Assembly (NCBI GenBank): GCA_951406725.2
Contig: OX597832.1
Span: 35,898,001 to 35,962,000 of the forward strand
From: Octopus vulgaris
Taxonomy: Eukaryota
DNA length: 64,000 nt
Direction of reading: 5' to 3'
The notes under the pieces are model-generated. The model did not search any database and was not told where the DNA came from. It worked only from the letters and a program-made list of their open reading frames with translations. Every line of letters starts with the position of its first letter. The stretch's first letter is position 1. This document shows, in pieces, positions 27,060-40,596 of this stretch. Both the position numbers and the translations under genes were made by a program.

Positions 27060-28142
27060 TATCATCAATCATTACTTCTACATAAACCAATCAATACCAT
27101 TCATCGTCTTGAACCTCTCTCAGTTCACATGGGATATATATATATATATAAAAGAAGATATATATATAAAAAAGAAAGCTACTGTATTGTAGATTATGAA
27201 ATTCCTGTGACATGGTGATGCAAAGCACTAAAATGGTTTTTACAGTTTCATGATTAATTAAAGAATATTCCAGTTTCTTGGTCATTCACTTCTGTTGGTG
27301 ACTTCATACAAATCTTTATTGACATAATAACTTTATTTTTCTAGCCAAATCTTGGAAGGAAACCTATTTGAAGGTTAGAAGGTCTAACCTATCTTCTTAT
27401 CTTCTCACCCAGGTACAGTAAGAACATAAACTCTTCAGCAAGTCTACTGTTATCTTCTGGAATATTTCTAGATTATTAGAATAGGATGAAATTTAGTTCT
27501 TGCATTCCTGGTTTACAATAAATGCTAATTTCTTTGATTTCTTATATTTTTTTCTTATATTCTCCCAATCTTTTGGTTATTTCAAAGTAAGTAAAGTATC
27601 TTTTATGCAATTACAATCACAGAAGAATCAATATATGTTCCCCACCCCCACCATGCCAAAAAAATATGTATTTCTATTATAGCATTTTGTAAAGTATGCT
27701 GAGAATAAATTTAAATAGATGCATTTTAGAGAAAATATGTTCTATAAAAAAAAATTACTATGGTAAATTTCTTGGTAATTTGAATGAAAAATATTAGTTT
27801 TTAAGGAAAAAAGTTTCTTTTGAAAAATGTACCAAGAAAAATCTACAAGCCATTACTACAAGTTTTGTAACTTTTATTACAGCAAACAAATGTATACAAA
27901 GTGGCCAATCTATGCATTTCACATAACCCATACACTCCAAACTAAACCCTTGATTAAGATTTTGTGGCAACATATTTTATGAAATATGTATGAAATATTT
28001 ACTAATGACAATCTTGTTTTTAACTAATCCAACTAATTTATCAAGATATTTCAAGCTGCAACCGAAATTTATTAGATTTATCACAGTCACTAACAAACGT
28101 CTTGTTCATACTAACTCATAGCCCTGGAATATTTAGTAGTAT

Positions 28143-28196
<54 letters not shown>

Positions 28197-29459
28197 CAGT
28201 AGCTGTTGTAGTAGGTTAAAGTCAATAAAAATGGACTAACCTGTTTGTAACCTTTATATAAGCCATGTACTAATTCTAAAATAACCATAAATCAGAGAAG
28301 ATTATATAAGAGAAATATAGACATGGATTTTATTTAGAATTTACTCAAAATATCAACGTCACATTTTCCAGATTGCTAAACACGTTTTTGTGTTATAATT
28401 ACCAATATATTTTTGCTGACAAATCTAGGGAAACAGAATCAATAGTATATTAGGTAAAATGCCGAGTGGTATAGATTCCCTCCCTCTGCAGTTTGAATTT
28501 ACTGGGGTAGATAAAATAAATCATCATCATCATCATTTAATCATCATCGAAAAATACCTTAGGAATGAGAACCCTAGTTCAAAATGTTCCCGAGACACCT
28601 GATGAAGGCTGGAGGGTATATCAGCCGAAATAATAGGACAAATATTCGTCTAATGTAAATAATATAAATAATGTAAATAATGTACTTAGTTCCTCATCTC
28701 TTAAATATAGAACTGTATTTATGCAACTGTTTTCCAGTTACTTTCCAAAGTAGACAATAATATTATTGTAATCCGGTCAGCTTCTAGGAACCATAGATGT
28801 ATGACATCAGATCCCTTTTATCAACAGTTTTGAAAATGAATTTAGTTTCTTTCACTCAGGTCAACTTCTAAATCACAACCCACCTTTATCTACATACCTC
28901 ACAGCATAAAGCGTGCATGTGTGTGTGTGTGCAAGCATGCACACACATACACACACACACACTTTTGACTGTTTCCAGATTCCTTAGAGACCACAATTTC
29001 CAAGACCTGTATATAAATATGTACAAGCTGGAACCCAAAGAGAAATTAATAAAGATATAAATAATTCCAATCACGTTGAAATTAATTTCATTCAGCTGCA
29101 CCCATTTTCGGCCCCCTCAGAGAAGGATCAAACATCATGATGTGGAATTATTGAATCAAAAGAGGTTGATCAAAGACTTCTCTTCCATTTGACTGAGATG
29201 CTATTAACCATTGACCAAAATCAATAAAGTAACTTTTGATGACCATCACACCAGAGGAAATGACATGAATTATTTATGAAAAATTTGATAAAACCAGAAG
29301 TTCTATTGACATTTTCTGAAGTGGCAAGATTGGTAGGGATAGAAGATTATTTAGAATCATTTTATCTTGACAAGAATTTCTCTAAAACAAATTGAATTTG
29401 TAGTTAAAGAGATGGTTTTGATAATTCTAAATGGTTTTAGAATTAAAATATCAATGTCA

Positions 29460-29800
29460 AAATATTTCTGTCATTTTATTTCTTTCAGAATATCTCTGCT
29501 ACAATATCTTCCATTCCAGAATACTTATCTCAGCAGTTCTACCACCAGATCTCTGTCACTATCACTCCAATAAAATATGTCTTACAATATTTGTGACACA
29601 GTAACTTGATCATAGTATCTCTATCACAGTATTTCTGTCATAGTATCTCTTGTGCAGTATCTTTGTCACATTATCTATGTCATACTATCTCTACCACTTA
29701 TCTCTATCATACTACCTCTGTTACAGAATCTTTTTCTCAATATTTATGTCACAGAATCTCTGTCACACTGTTTCTGTCAAAGTATCCCCTTCTGTCAAAG
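29460..29800. repeat. Degenerate short tandem repeat (CACAGTATCTCTGT-like)
   Basis: Repeated ATCTCTGTCAC/AGTATCTCT variants. Confidence 0.6.
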
Positions 29801-31239
29801 AATATACTTTTTTCTAATTAAAATTCTGTTTTATTTTTCTCACAAAACTAGTTACTTCCGTTTGTACTAGAATATGCAACTGATATCAGCTGAGCAAATG
29901 TGTTAGTGCTTTCTATGACTTCTGGTTTTAAATCCTGGCTTTTGTATTTACCATTAGGAAAACCTAGACTTAAAAGTAACATTTGAACCATCAAAATGCC
30001 AAGCAATTACTTTATATTGGAAAAGAACTCCATCAAATTTTGAATTAAACAGCTGGAATTATATGCTACTTTCTTAAGAATATGGATTAGGGAGTCTTGT
30101 TATAACCAGAGAATTGGTTATAGCCAATGAATTTACAAGAACGTGAACAGAGAATACATCTCCACTTTGTGCAGCAGAGTTTTGAAATGAACTGCCAGGT
30201 TACATAAAACTTGAAATGAGAAATGAGAAAACACTGCAAAACAAAAGTTTGAATAAGTTCTGAAGGAATGATTCCCAAATCTGACTTGGTTGTTTGAACT
30301 TAGTCCAAACAAACACTCTCAGAACCAATGTAGAGATTGCTCAAAATGTCTACCATGAACAACCTACATTACAGGAGACAATATAACAACAGTACTCTCT
30401 AATATACACACAAACTACTGCCTGTTGGTGCGCAGAATTATGCTACATGTGCAGTACTGAAAGATGTTATTGCACAAAAACTGGTACTTTTAACACCTGT
30501 ACACTCACTTCTGTGTCTGGTTTGATGCCAAATCCACAGCTTGAATGAAAACTATCTGCATTTGGTTATAACCTTATTGAACAAACTTACAGAAGAAGCA
30601 ATTGGCACCATCTCAGAAGATGGGACAGAAACTATTAAATAATGAATATACAAGCACCTATTATCAGGCTCAACTTTGATAATGTAATGAACCAATAATT
30701 GACTGGTTTGACCCTGCTTTGTGGTGAATTGTACTGTGAGGTTACTGCTCCTAAGTACAGGAAATAAAAATCTATAACACCTATCGTAATTATAGATTTA
30801 TTTTGTATCTATTTGCCGTCACTAGAGGGCTTGTGTGATGTTAAGGGGCTGAAAGAAATATTAAACTCATAATGATCTGTATCTAATTAGAAATACATCA
30901 GAACATTGAAATTCACAAATGACTCAGCAGTTTTTCTATCTGAAGGAAGCAAGAAATAATTATTCCATTTACTAATCAATCAATCCTTAATAATCTCAGT
31001 CATAACGTTTCCTTAATTAACCTCCACAGTTACATGATTGGCTCCATTTTGATGTGGTTTGTAGGACCTTCAATCTAGAGATGAGGAAAGAGGAAAGTTT
31101 CAATGTTCAGATTTCTCCCAAATTGTTGGTGGAGGTTAACAAGCAGAGTTGTCTTCAGATATAAGTATGAACTGTTTTATTTTCTGCCTTTACCAGGAGG
31201 ACACATTTTGTGCTACAGTATTCAACTACTGTTCATAAT

Positions 31240-32440
31240 CACACCATTGTTATAGGGAAAGTATTGTTGCTATGAAGATCATACTAATGGTATAGAGATA
31301 TTGATATGGATATCATTATTATGGAAATACTTTTGTTATTATGGAGATAGTATTATTGTTCTGGATATGATATCGTTGACCTAGACTTAATATTACTTTT
31401 ATAGCAATAATATTGCTGTTATGGAAATACTGTAGTTGTTATAAATATAATATTGGCATTTTAGAAATAATATTGCTATGGAGTTAATATTGCTATGGCA
31501 ATAATATTGTTATTGTAGAGATAGAATTGTTGTTATAGGGATAATATGGCTGTTGTGGAAATAATAATGTTTTAATAGTTTTGTTATGTAGATGATATTC
31601 TAGTTATAGATAAAAATTGTTTTTAGGGATATAATATTGTTAGGGCATATCATTGATGAGGTCGCAAATGACAATGAAAGAGCCATCTCAATGCTAATTG
31701 ACTGATTGATTGACTGATCAATCAATCAAACAATCAACCGATTAATTGGTTAAATAGTTAACCAATTGACAAACTATAAAGAAGTGAAATAGAACCTGTG
31801 CATGATGAGTTTATTGTTGGCAGAAAGAATCTGCTGAGATGCAACAAAAACATAATACTTTTATTATAAAGATAATATTGTTGTTTTGAAGATAACAATT
31901 ATTATTTCGGTGGTTAAAACAAAATATTATAGAGGTAATGATGTTGGTATAGAGTTAATATTGTTATGGAGATAATATTTTCTTATAGAGATAACCCTGT
32001 TTTTGAGAGATAATATTCTCTTTATGGAGAAAATTCTATTTTTATGGAGTAGTTATAACAGTTACAGAGCCAGTCATGTTTTTATAGATATAATACAATT
32101 TGTTATGGAGGTAATATTGTTATATAGATATAGTATTATTGTTACTGTGATAATATTGTTGCTATAGAAATAATAGAGTGATTATGGTGATAATATTTTT
32201 GTTATTGTCATAGTATTATTGTATTACAGATACTATCGCTAAAGACATCATTTTTCTTTGTTATAGAGATATGTTGTCTTGGAAATAATATTAGCTATTA
32301 TTAAAGAGATGATGTTTTGTTATGGAGATAATGTTGTTGCTACTGATATAATATTATCGTTTTGGAACAAATATTGTTGTTATGGAGAGGATATTGCTGT
32401 TAGCTGTCATTATAGCGAAAACATTCCATCAATAGAAATA
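31240..32440. repeat. Degenerate ~20-bp minisatellite (TATGGAGATAATATTGTTGT-like)
   Basis: Recurrent GGAGATAATATTGTTGTTAT variants with about 20-bp spacing, interrupted at about 31650-31850. Confidence 0.7.
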
Positions 32441-32443
32441 TTA

Positions 32444-32600
32444 CTAGGTCTGTAGAGATGATGTTGCATCTTTGTTTATAGCCTGTGCAGCTCTTGCAAG
32501 CCATTTGTCTGCATCATGTTTCTTTAGGGACCACCAATTTATTGAATAAACCTTGTTAAACATTTCCAAATCAACAAAAGCCAAGAAGAGAGGTTTCATC
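32444..32600 (-). mobile_element. RTE-clade LINE RT fragment
   Basis: KPLFLAFVDLEMFNKV..WWSLKKHDADKWLARAAQAI corresponds to 'L.LAFVDLEKAFD.V....WW.LRK.GV..WL.R.V'. Confidence 0.7.
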
Positions 32601-32888
32601 CAGGATATAATGGTTGTTTGGAACCCTTGAATGGGATCCTTGAAAGTTCTTAATACAATAGAAGTGTTCCCTGAGGATCTGTTGTGGTTGAGCATCAATA
32701 TGCATTTGGAACTTACTTTGTAGGGCTCCAAACAACCATCCAGAAACTTTAATATAAACCTACTTTTATCCTTATTTTTCCTACATTTGTTCAGTAACTC
32801 GTAACTGGTAACACTACTCAATGTAATTAGTTAATTAACAGCTCTACAGGAAACAGACCGGATTATGAACATCTTCTTGTACACATCA

Positions 32889-32934
<46 letters not shown>

Positions 32935-32966
32935 AGTTAAACACAGGTGTTATTCAAATCTTTATA

Positions 32967-33052
32967 CTTCCAGCATGTTTCGAAGAAGACATTGGTATTA
33001 TTCCAGAAGGAATAAAATGATGTAAAACAATGTGATCTTCTCATCAGGGAAA
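32967..33052 (-). ncRNA. Degenerate hammerhead ribozyme in a Penelope 3' repeat
   Basis: Minus strand reads TTCC-CTGATGA-GAAGA..ACATTG...CAATGT..TCTTC-GAAACATGCT-GGAA. Canonical CUGAUGA/GAAA with stems I and II, but U16.1 is replaced by C. Confidence 0.55.
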
Positions 33053-33359
33053 GAAAGAGAAACAAAACACATCAATAAGATGGTTCAACCAAATGTGATT
33101 ACTGCAAATAGGATGAAGGGAATGCTGGTAAGTTATTAAAAAAAAAAAACCGTTAATAGATATAACATCAAAAGAAATTTATAGAAAGAGAAGGAGGAGG
33201 AATAAAGAAATGAACAGAAAACTAAAAGTGGAGAAATATAGTTCAATAGGTGAATAGGAATAAAAATTAAAGGTGTGGAAATAGATATATTTAGTGGAAG
33301 TGAAATGTAAGAAGACAGTTAAAGATTGAATTTTATAGACTGGTAGAATTCACTTATAG

Positions 33360-33800
33360 GAACTAAAGGTATATTTTTACCAATGTTTGCAATGATAAAC
33401 AACATTCTTTAAACGTGTTTACAAGAGGATTCTCCAAGAACAGGATGAAATAAGTTCATTGTTACAGAGTGAACAAAATGATTTACCTTTATCATAAGGA
33501 AAGGATCTAGATAGAATATTCCATTCCAAATCAAATTGATTATTATGTTCCTTTAGAGACCAAATTAATTTACTATATATATTACTATATATGTAAAGCT
33601 CAGATCCAAAGGTTAAGGTATAGGAAGACAGTAAGCCGAAGCAGTCTGTAGAAGGTATAAAAAACAACTTTCAGGAACAAAGAAGGTTGTAAATTTTCCT
33701 GTATCAAAGTTTGATAAGCTGAAAAAATTAATTTATAGCTTATAGTTAGCAGCAAGGGTTGCTGTCTGTGTGAATAGAAATCCAAAATTAGGGAATGGGG
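33360..33800 (-). mobile_element. Penelope-like retroelement fragment (GIY-YIG endonuclease C-terminus)
   Basis: SKLIWSLKEHNNQFDLEWNILSRSFPYDKGKSFCSLCNNE, followed by a CKHW*KYTF-like end. Typical PLE 'LS..IW.LK....I.W.IL....PY.....C.LC..E'. Confidence 0.8.
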
Positions 33801-35879
33801 TTGATAAAATCCAGGCTACATATGTTTTATAGCTAACAGAACCTCAAAAGTAGTAATTATCCAGATGAGGGGTAATCTGCTAGCTACTTGTCGAGCCAAA
33901 GATACATTAATCAAAAGAAGTTAACATTATCAACAAAGGATCCCATGTTGACTTGCAGGAAATTTGATTGAAAATGGATGTAAACATATGTACCCTGGAT
34001 TTCATCTACTATATATATCATCCTCATCATCATCAACATCGTCATCATTGTTTAACATCCGTGGGTTCTAAGCTGACTTTGCAGAGACTTATTAATTTAG
34101 ATGGCTTCTTTAGATTAAGTCTGCAGAAATTACAGCATTTCCAGAATGCTACATTTCATGCTGTATTAAATAAGCATAATTATCAGTTTGTCAAAGATTT
34201 CTGTGTGAAATTCCTCTTCTGCAGGGAATATAGCTAGTGCTGAAGAAGAGTTAACTGTAAGCTATCTGAGAGCCAGCTTTGATGCAATTTCTATTCTTGG
34301 CAGAAACTATTCCACATCACATATTCTGAAAATACTTCTTAAGAATGACATAACGTGACAGCATCCAATATCTATATAAGGTGTTTGTGCCTTGACAAAA
34401 GAAACCAATATTGATCAGAAGATATTTAAAGCTCTACCAATAACTTCAATGTCTTTGTAACAATCTTTGTTCTATTCTTAACCTGTTTCACATGAAGCAT
34501 TCGAGGCAATCACCTACTTACACCAATGTTCACTGTGCTATTTTTCAAAACACAGTTTTGGCATTGCTTTTGTTATTGTTGTTGTTGTTTAGCAACATGT
34601 TAGTCTTGACTAAGCAGACCTGTGATCAAAGGTATTCTATCCATGACCATCTTCATAATTCTTTCAGTCATTGCATATTTAAGAATATATTATATATGTC
34701 CTTCCATTTTCAAGACAGAAAAGTGCAATTTGAGGAAGATTTGGCTGCCATTTGTAGCAGGTGAAATGACCACATAGCGACCATTGTTTTCTGAACTGTC
34801 TTGTTTATCCAACTTTAAACTGTTATAACATTCTATAAATATGATTATTGATTCACTTATGATACTCTATTGTCAGAGAAAATTTGTGCAACCACATTAT
34901 ATTCTTAAATACTTTATCTCTGAAATAGATATTTTAGTTGATCCATCTTGTGAATGCTTATCAAACAGATCCATCATATGGTTGACTAGACACATCCAAC
35001 CAATTGAGTTTTATATTGATTCAAGCTTTGATAATTCAGGTTCCCAGACATTCATAAAGTTTGAATATTAAGAGGAGGACTAAAGAGATATAAAGTTAGG
35101 CACAGTTAATGTGAGAACTAAATATAAAGATAGACTCAACCTGAAATAGATGAAAAAGATAGTTTGATGAGGTTATGACAAATATGTCTGAAGGTTAGGC
35201 TGTTTGCAAGTTTACAATAGACTATCTCTGAAGATGTTAAGATAGACATAGTCTCAAAATTTGATGTTAGACAGTTCCTGTGAAGTTAGACAGGTAGAGG
35301 ACAAACAGCATATATATATGACTTAAATAAGAATAAACCAAGAGGCAAATTACACATATTCAGAAATATTCTGATTTGTAGCTTACTTGAAACTGACTTG
35401 TCCTTTCAGTAATTCTTTAATTTTATTCAGTAATAAATTCTAACCATTTGTATGGAAGGTAGATTATGACCTAGAAGGAATAATATGATATTAACAGCTA
35501 CTAATCATACATACACCTTTATGATGGCTGTTAGTTTTTTTGGGATGTGAAGTTATATTTAAAGGTAAACATTACTTTCATTTGAGACCCATAACAAACT
35601 GTTTCCCCAGAAAATTCTGAAGTTATTTCTTAGCACAACAGAATTTTCTCTGTCCTTTGAGCTGAATTAGTATGAATGGTAGTTATAATGGATTTTGAAT
35701 ATGTTTGTGGTAAGGTCCATGTGGTTAGCTTTGATACACTGTGATGACATTAAAAATGCTTTGTATATTACATGGAATTAATAAGTAGGGGAATTTATGC
35801 AGTTAGAAATTCGTTAGAATGGTTCAGTGTTAGTGTATGCTTTTGAGTGTAGTGTGCAAATCGTCCAACTCATGATAGC

Positions 35880-36235
35880 CACTTCATCTCAGGTCTTCCT
35901 GGGTCTACCTCTTCCACAGGTTCCCTCAACCACTAGGGTGTGGCACTTTTTCACAAAGCTATCCACATCCATTCTCGCCACATAACCATACCGTCTCTCT
36001 TGCACACCACATCTGATGCTTCTTAGGTCCAACTTTTTTCTCAAGGCACTAACACTCTGTCGAGTATGCACACTGACATTACACATCCATCGGAGCATAC
36101 TGGCTTCATTCCTTGCGAGCTTACGCATGTCCTCAGCAGTCATGGCCCATGTTTCACTGCCATGTAGCACGGCTGTTCGTACCCATGTGTCATACAGTCT
36201 ACCTTTTACTTTGAGCGGAGAAATGGGTGGATAAG
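35880..36235 (-). mobile_element. RTE-clade LINE 3' ORF fragment
   Basis: LKVKGRLYDTWVRTAVLHGSETWAMT...EASMLRWMCNVS...GYVARMD...GRGRPRKT, a classic RTE C-terminus. Confidence 0.9.
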
Positions 36236-36802
36236 GTAATCGAGTGCATATGTGTGAATACAACTACAAATGTATGAATGTGTGTACATCTGTTAAGTAG
36301 ATACCATTTATTTTGAGACCCCCTTCAGATGGCACTTAGAACGTTCCCTTCCAAGGCACAAGTCCGGCCAAGGTCGTTTTCGTGGTAGGCCAGGAGTTGC
36401 CCATGAATATCAGTCTCCCCTTTCCACACTACCCATATTATCCAAGGGAAAGGCAAAGGGGCCGATACACCTTGGCACCATTGATGTCATATCTTATTTC
36501 TACAGCTGAGTAAACTGGAGCAACATGAAATAAAGTGTCTTGCTCAAGAACACAACACACAGCCTGGTCCAGGAAGCAAACTCACTACCTCATGATTGTA
36601 AACCTGACACTCTAGCCACTGAGCCACAGGGAAATAAACTGTTGGTGATTTAAGATTCCTTCACTGCTTAAAAATCACGTTATTGAACCTAATGATCACG
36701 TGATCATATAAATTACCAGTGACAAATCTGATGATCATGCAGAGGCATGCAGTACCACGCCTTCTTTTCTACTTTAAAACCTGTACTTATGTAAGGTATC
36801 GT

Positions 36803-36870
<68 letters not shown>

Positions 36871-38259
36871 AGATTAAGCGTGTATATCTATGTAACAATA
36901 AACACCATTGAAGAAATGGATAAAATATTTACCAGAAATATCTAAGTCTAAAAGCATTGATGATACAAAGAAAAGAAGAGAAAAAGTGTTTCCATGGCGA
37001 TAGTTTAGTCTGCATGGAGATATATTCAAAGATTTATATTTCCAATTTCTGTTCATGTTGTGTTGCCTTCTCTTTTAATTATATCTTTAAATAACATTAC
37101 TATAATGCTGAAATCAAAATCTCAATGTTTCCATTAGTCTTCAGTAAATTAAGGAATAAACAGACATTTTGCAAGTTCCACAGGTGATTTAGAATTACTA
37201 AAAAAGCTAAACATATTTCTTGATAATATTTGTGTGAACCTGGAGCTATCAGGATTTAAAATAATTTTATTGAAATAAAAGTGTATTTTTTTACTTTACT
37301 TCCGGTTAGACAAAGACCGATTGGTTGGATGAGTGTTGAAGTCAACAGAATGGATCCCAGTATATTACTCTTACAATATATTCTGGTTTTTAAAATCTGG
37401 TATGAGGTAAAAATGTGATCAATGTTTGTTGAAAAGTGGAGGGTCAGACTTACTCAGACTAGTGACACTGATGTGACTAATGCCCACCCAGCCTGAACAT
37501 CAGTAGAATGTTGGCAACGAAGTCATCACAACTAATGACGCAAAATCACCAAGGGACTGAGTGAAAGTGGATGCTACATTAGGTCTGTACATTTACTTGC
37601 TCAGTTCAAATTAGGTCTGAGTTTGTCTTCCTACTATAAACGTTATATCCATCCATCCTTCCATCCATCTTGTACAACTTGTACAAATGTAAAGCAAAAG
37701 TCAAACATAGAATAATAATAATAATAATAATAATACTTTTTACAGTTGGCACAAGGCTTGAGATTTGCTTTCAAAACCACCTTCTACTTTTTCGTCCCTT
37801 CTTGGTTCGACGACGAAGACGATGCCATATTAAATTTTATTCAATATTTCAAAAAGAAATATTTTCTACTCTTAGGGCAAATAACAATGACATTTGTTCA
37901 GAAAACCTCAAAACAACAACTTTATCAACAGAACAACAGCAAAACATTTCCCCAGACACCCCGCCTCCCTTTTTCGGACCACTCAGACATGTCTTGTATT
38001 AAAGGGAACGATGTAGAGCCTAAATGGCAAAAAAGTCACCAGGCCTAAAAAAGAAACACAATCACACCAACACAAAAACCTGGCAAATATGGTGAAGATG
38101 CCTTTGAGAAACACTACACCCCCCCCCCCAACAGCAGCTACACCAGCATCGTCAACAACATCATTCCCATCACTACCATTACCACTGCCATTATCACAGA
38201 CACGGACTTGGTTGATCTGTTTTTGCTTTACAAACTCAAGTGGAGTTTTCCAAGCCCGG

Positions 38260-38520
38260 TGGTGAGGCGGGGTGGGGGGTCTGTAAGGAGATGACCTTCT
38301 CCTTGCGGTCTCTGGATGTTCACCGTCCGAACTGGAGGAACTCAGGAAACGACTTCGGGACTTCTTCGGGAATTTTAACCTCTCTGTTTCATTTAAGGCA
38401 TGCAACAAGAGAGTCAACTTTTTAGATATCTCGCTGGACCTAGATTCTGAACAATAGTATCCCTATCATAAACCCAATGATGCCTCCCTATATTCATAAA
38501 CTATTTAGTCATCCAAGGCT
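38260..38520 (+). mobile_element. Penelope-like reverse transcriptase fragment
   Basis: Manual translation GGL*GDDLLLAVSGCSPSELEELRKRLRDFFGNFNLSVSFKACNKRVNFLDISLDLDSEQ*YPYHKPND..HP matches PLE RT 'GLYRDD...VNFLD..LDL....Y.PY.KPN...HP'. Confidence 0.8.
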
Positions 38521-40004
38521 TAGGAATATTTCAGTTAAGATATCTAATCTTTTTGCAAATGAGAATTTTCAATAATAATGTAGAGTGTTGCAACAAGATT
38601 CCTAATAGGGTGGGGTCTGGCGATCGGATGAGGTTTATTGCTGAAACCAACCTTAAGCCCTTAAGAAATGTAGAAATAATAGGGATACAATTGAATAGTT
38701 CTGCGGAACGACTCCACACAGTGACATGTCTCACAGTAGAGCCGCGAAACCGGGACTTTTGAGAGACGCTTAGGTCGCTGCAACCACCTCCCTGCAAATA
38801 AAGTTTGTACGTCAAATGCTTCCGAACTAAACGATTGTGGCCTCGTCTGTCAGGCTGTGTCTTTCTTCGGTTGAATACCACAAATCTGTCATAAGTCTCT
38901 CTCTTTATCATTCTTTTCTTTCTTTATATTCTTTTTGTGATGCTGGTCGCTAACTCTACCTTTTTTGCAGGTGAGGTTCTATTGTTATTATACTTTTACT
39001 ATTATCTTATATCGATGATTTTTGTTATTTTTATCATTATTAATCAGGCGGCGAGCTGGCAGAATCGTTAGCACACCAGGCAAAATGCTTAGCGGTATTT
39101 CGTCCGTCTTTACGTTCTGAGTTCAAATTCCGCTAACGGAACTTTCATCTTTTCGGAGTCGATAAAATAGGTACCAGTCGAGTACTGTAGTCAATGTTAT
39201 CAAATAACCCCCTGCCCTCAAATTTCCATCCTTGGGTCTATAGTAGAAAGGATTATTATCCTTATTACCGTTCGCACGCTGGACACAATGCTTAGCCGCG
39301 TATCGTTCGTCTTTACATTCTGAGTTCAAATACCGCCAAGGTCGACTTCGCCTTTTATCCTTTCGGGGTCGTGAAAATAAGCATCAGTCTAGTACGTAGA
39401 CACACATACATTCTCAGAGACATACATGTAGTTAAATCTCGAAATCCCATCGTATTATCTTAAAACAGAAAGGACATATTAGATACGACAGCCATGTTAC
39501 TGAGTCTGAATAAAAGAACGGAATGGTCATTGCTTGAAAAACCTTTAATCAGGCGTTTACGGGATGAGGACTAATTTGAGGGATTCACTGCAAGAACAAT
39601 ATCGATATCAAGTATTACAAATGTCGATACTAATAAAACTGACGTAAAAACATCAAAGACCATCAAATATTATTTGTCAATTGTAAAGGCCAAAGTTTCT
39701 TGTTAGCTTCATTTTAGCATATAGGTCAAACTGGCACAACATAGGCAACCAGATTAACTATGCATTTGTAATAAGAAACTATAAAGTCATCAGACGAGAG
39801 AAATCCTCACACACCCACGTATTGTTATGAAAACTTATGAAATATGCACTACCATAATATAAACTAGAAAATCGATATTTAATCATTGAGTTGTTAATAA
39901 TATCATAATAGAAATCAACCATAAATATATCAAATAAACTGTAAAATTATTCTGAATTTCTTCCAATCAACGCAACGTTTTCTAAGTAACAAAAAGAGAA
40001 TTAT

Positions 40005-40044
<40 letters not shown>

Positions 40045-40072
40045 GCACACACACGCACGCGCGCGCACTTAC

Positions 40073-40160
40073 GCACTCCCGCGTCAACTAATCATGAGAA
40101 ACGTAATTCTCTGAACATATAGCGAATATAAAATATACCGCCAATAGACCAGTGAGCCAT
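40073..40160 (-). promoter_or_regulatory. Candidate non-coding first exon / promoter region of the Popeye gene
   Basis: Minus-strand donor C|gtaagt at 40072 in CpG-rich, apparently unique sequence. CCAAT at 40141-40145. Lies about 2 kb upstream of where CpG depletion begins. The 5' boundary is unknown. Confidence 0.35.
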
Positions 40161-40596
40161 CACAATTATATAGAAAAGTTAATCAGTTAAGAAAAGTAAT
40201 TAATTATGTATATACACATTCAGTACGCATTCACACATAAACACACATACAAACCATACTTGCACACAAACATACCTATACATATAAAGGCGCTTTTATA
40301 TATAGAAGGAGTGTCACGGTATATAAACACTTGGTTGTGGGCATGGCTGGGGTTTCGAATCTCCCTTTGCAACCACTTGGCTTCGGGTTCAATCTAATTG
40401 CAATGTCACTCGGGCAAGTGTCTTCTACTAAAGCCTGGACCGATCAATGTCTTCTGGGTGGATTTGTTAGAAGGAAGCTGTGTAGAAGCCTGTCGCATTT
40501 ATATAATTATATATATATTTATATCCCGGAGTAAACACATAAATGTGAAACAAGGTGGAAAAAAGAGTACTCAAATACCAGTGGTAGAGTAATATG

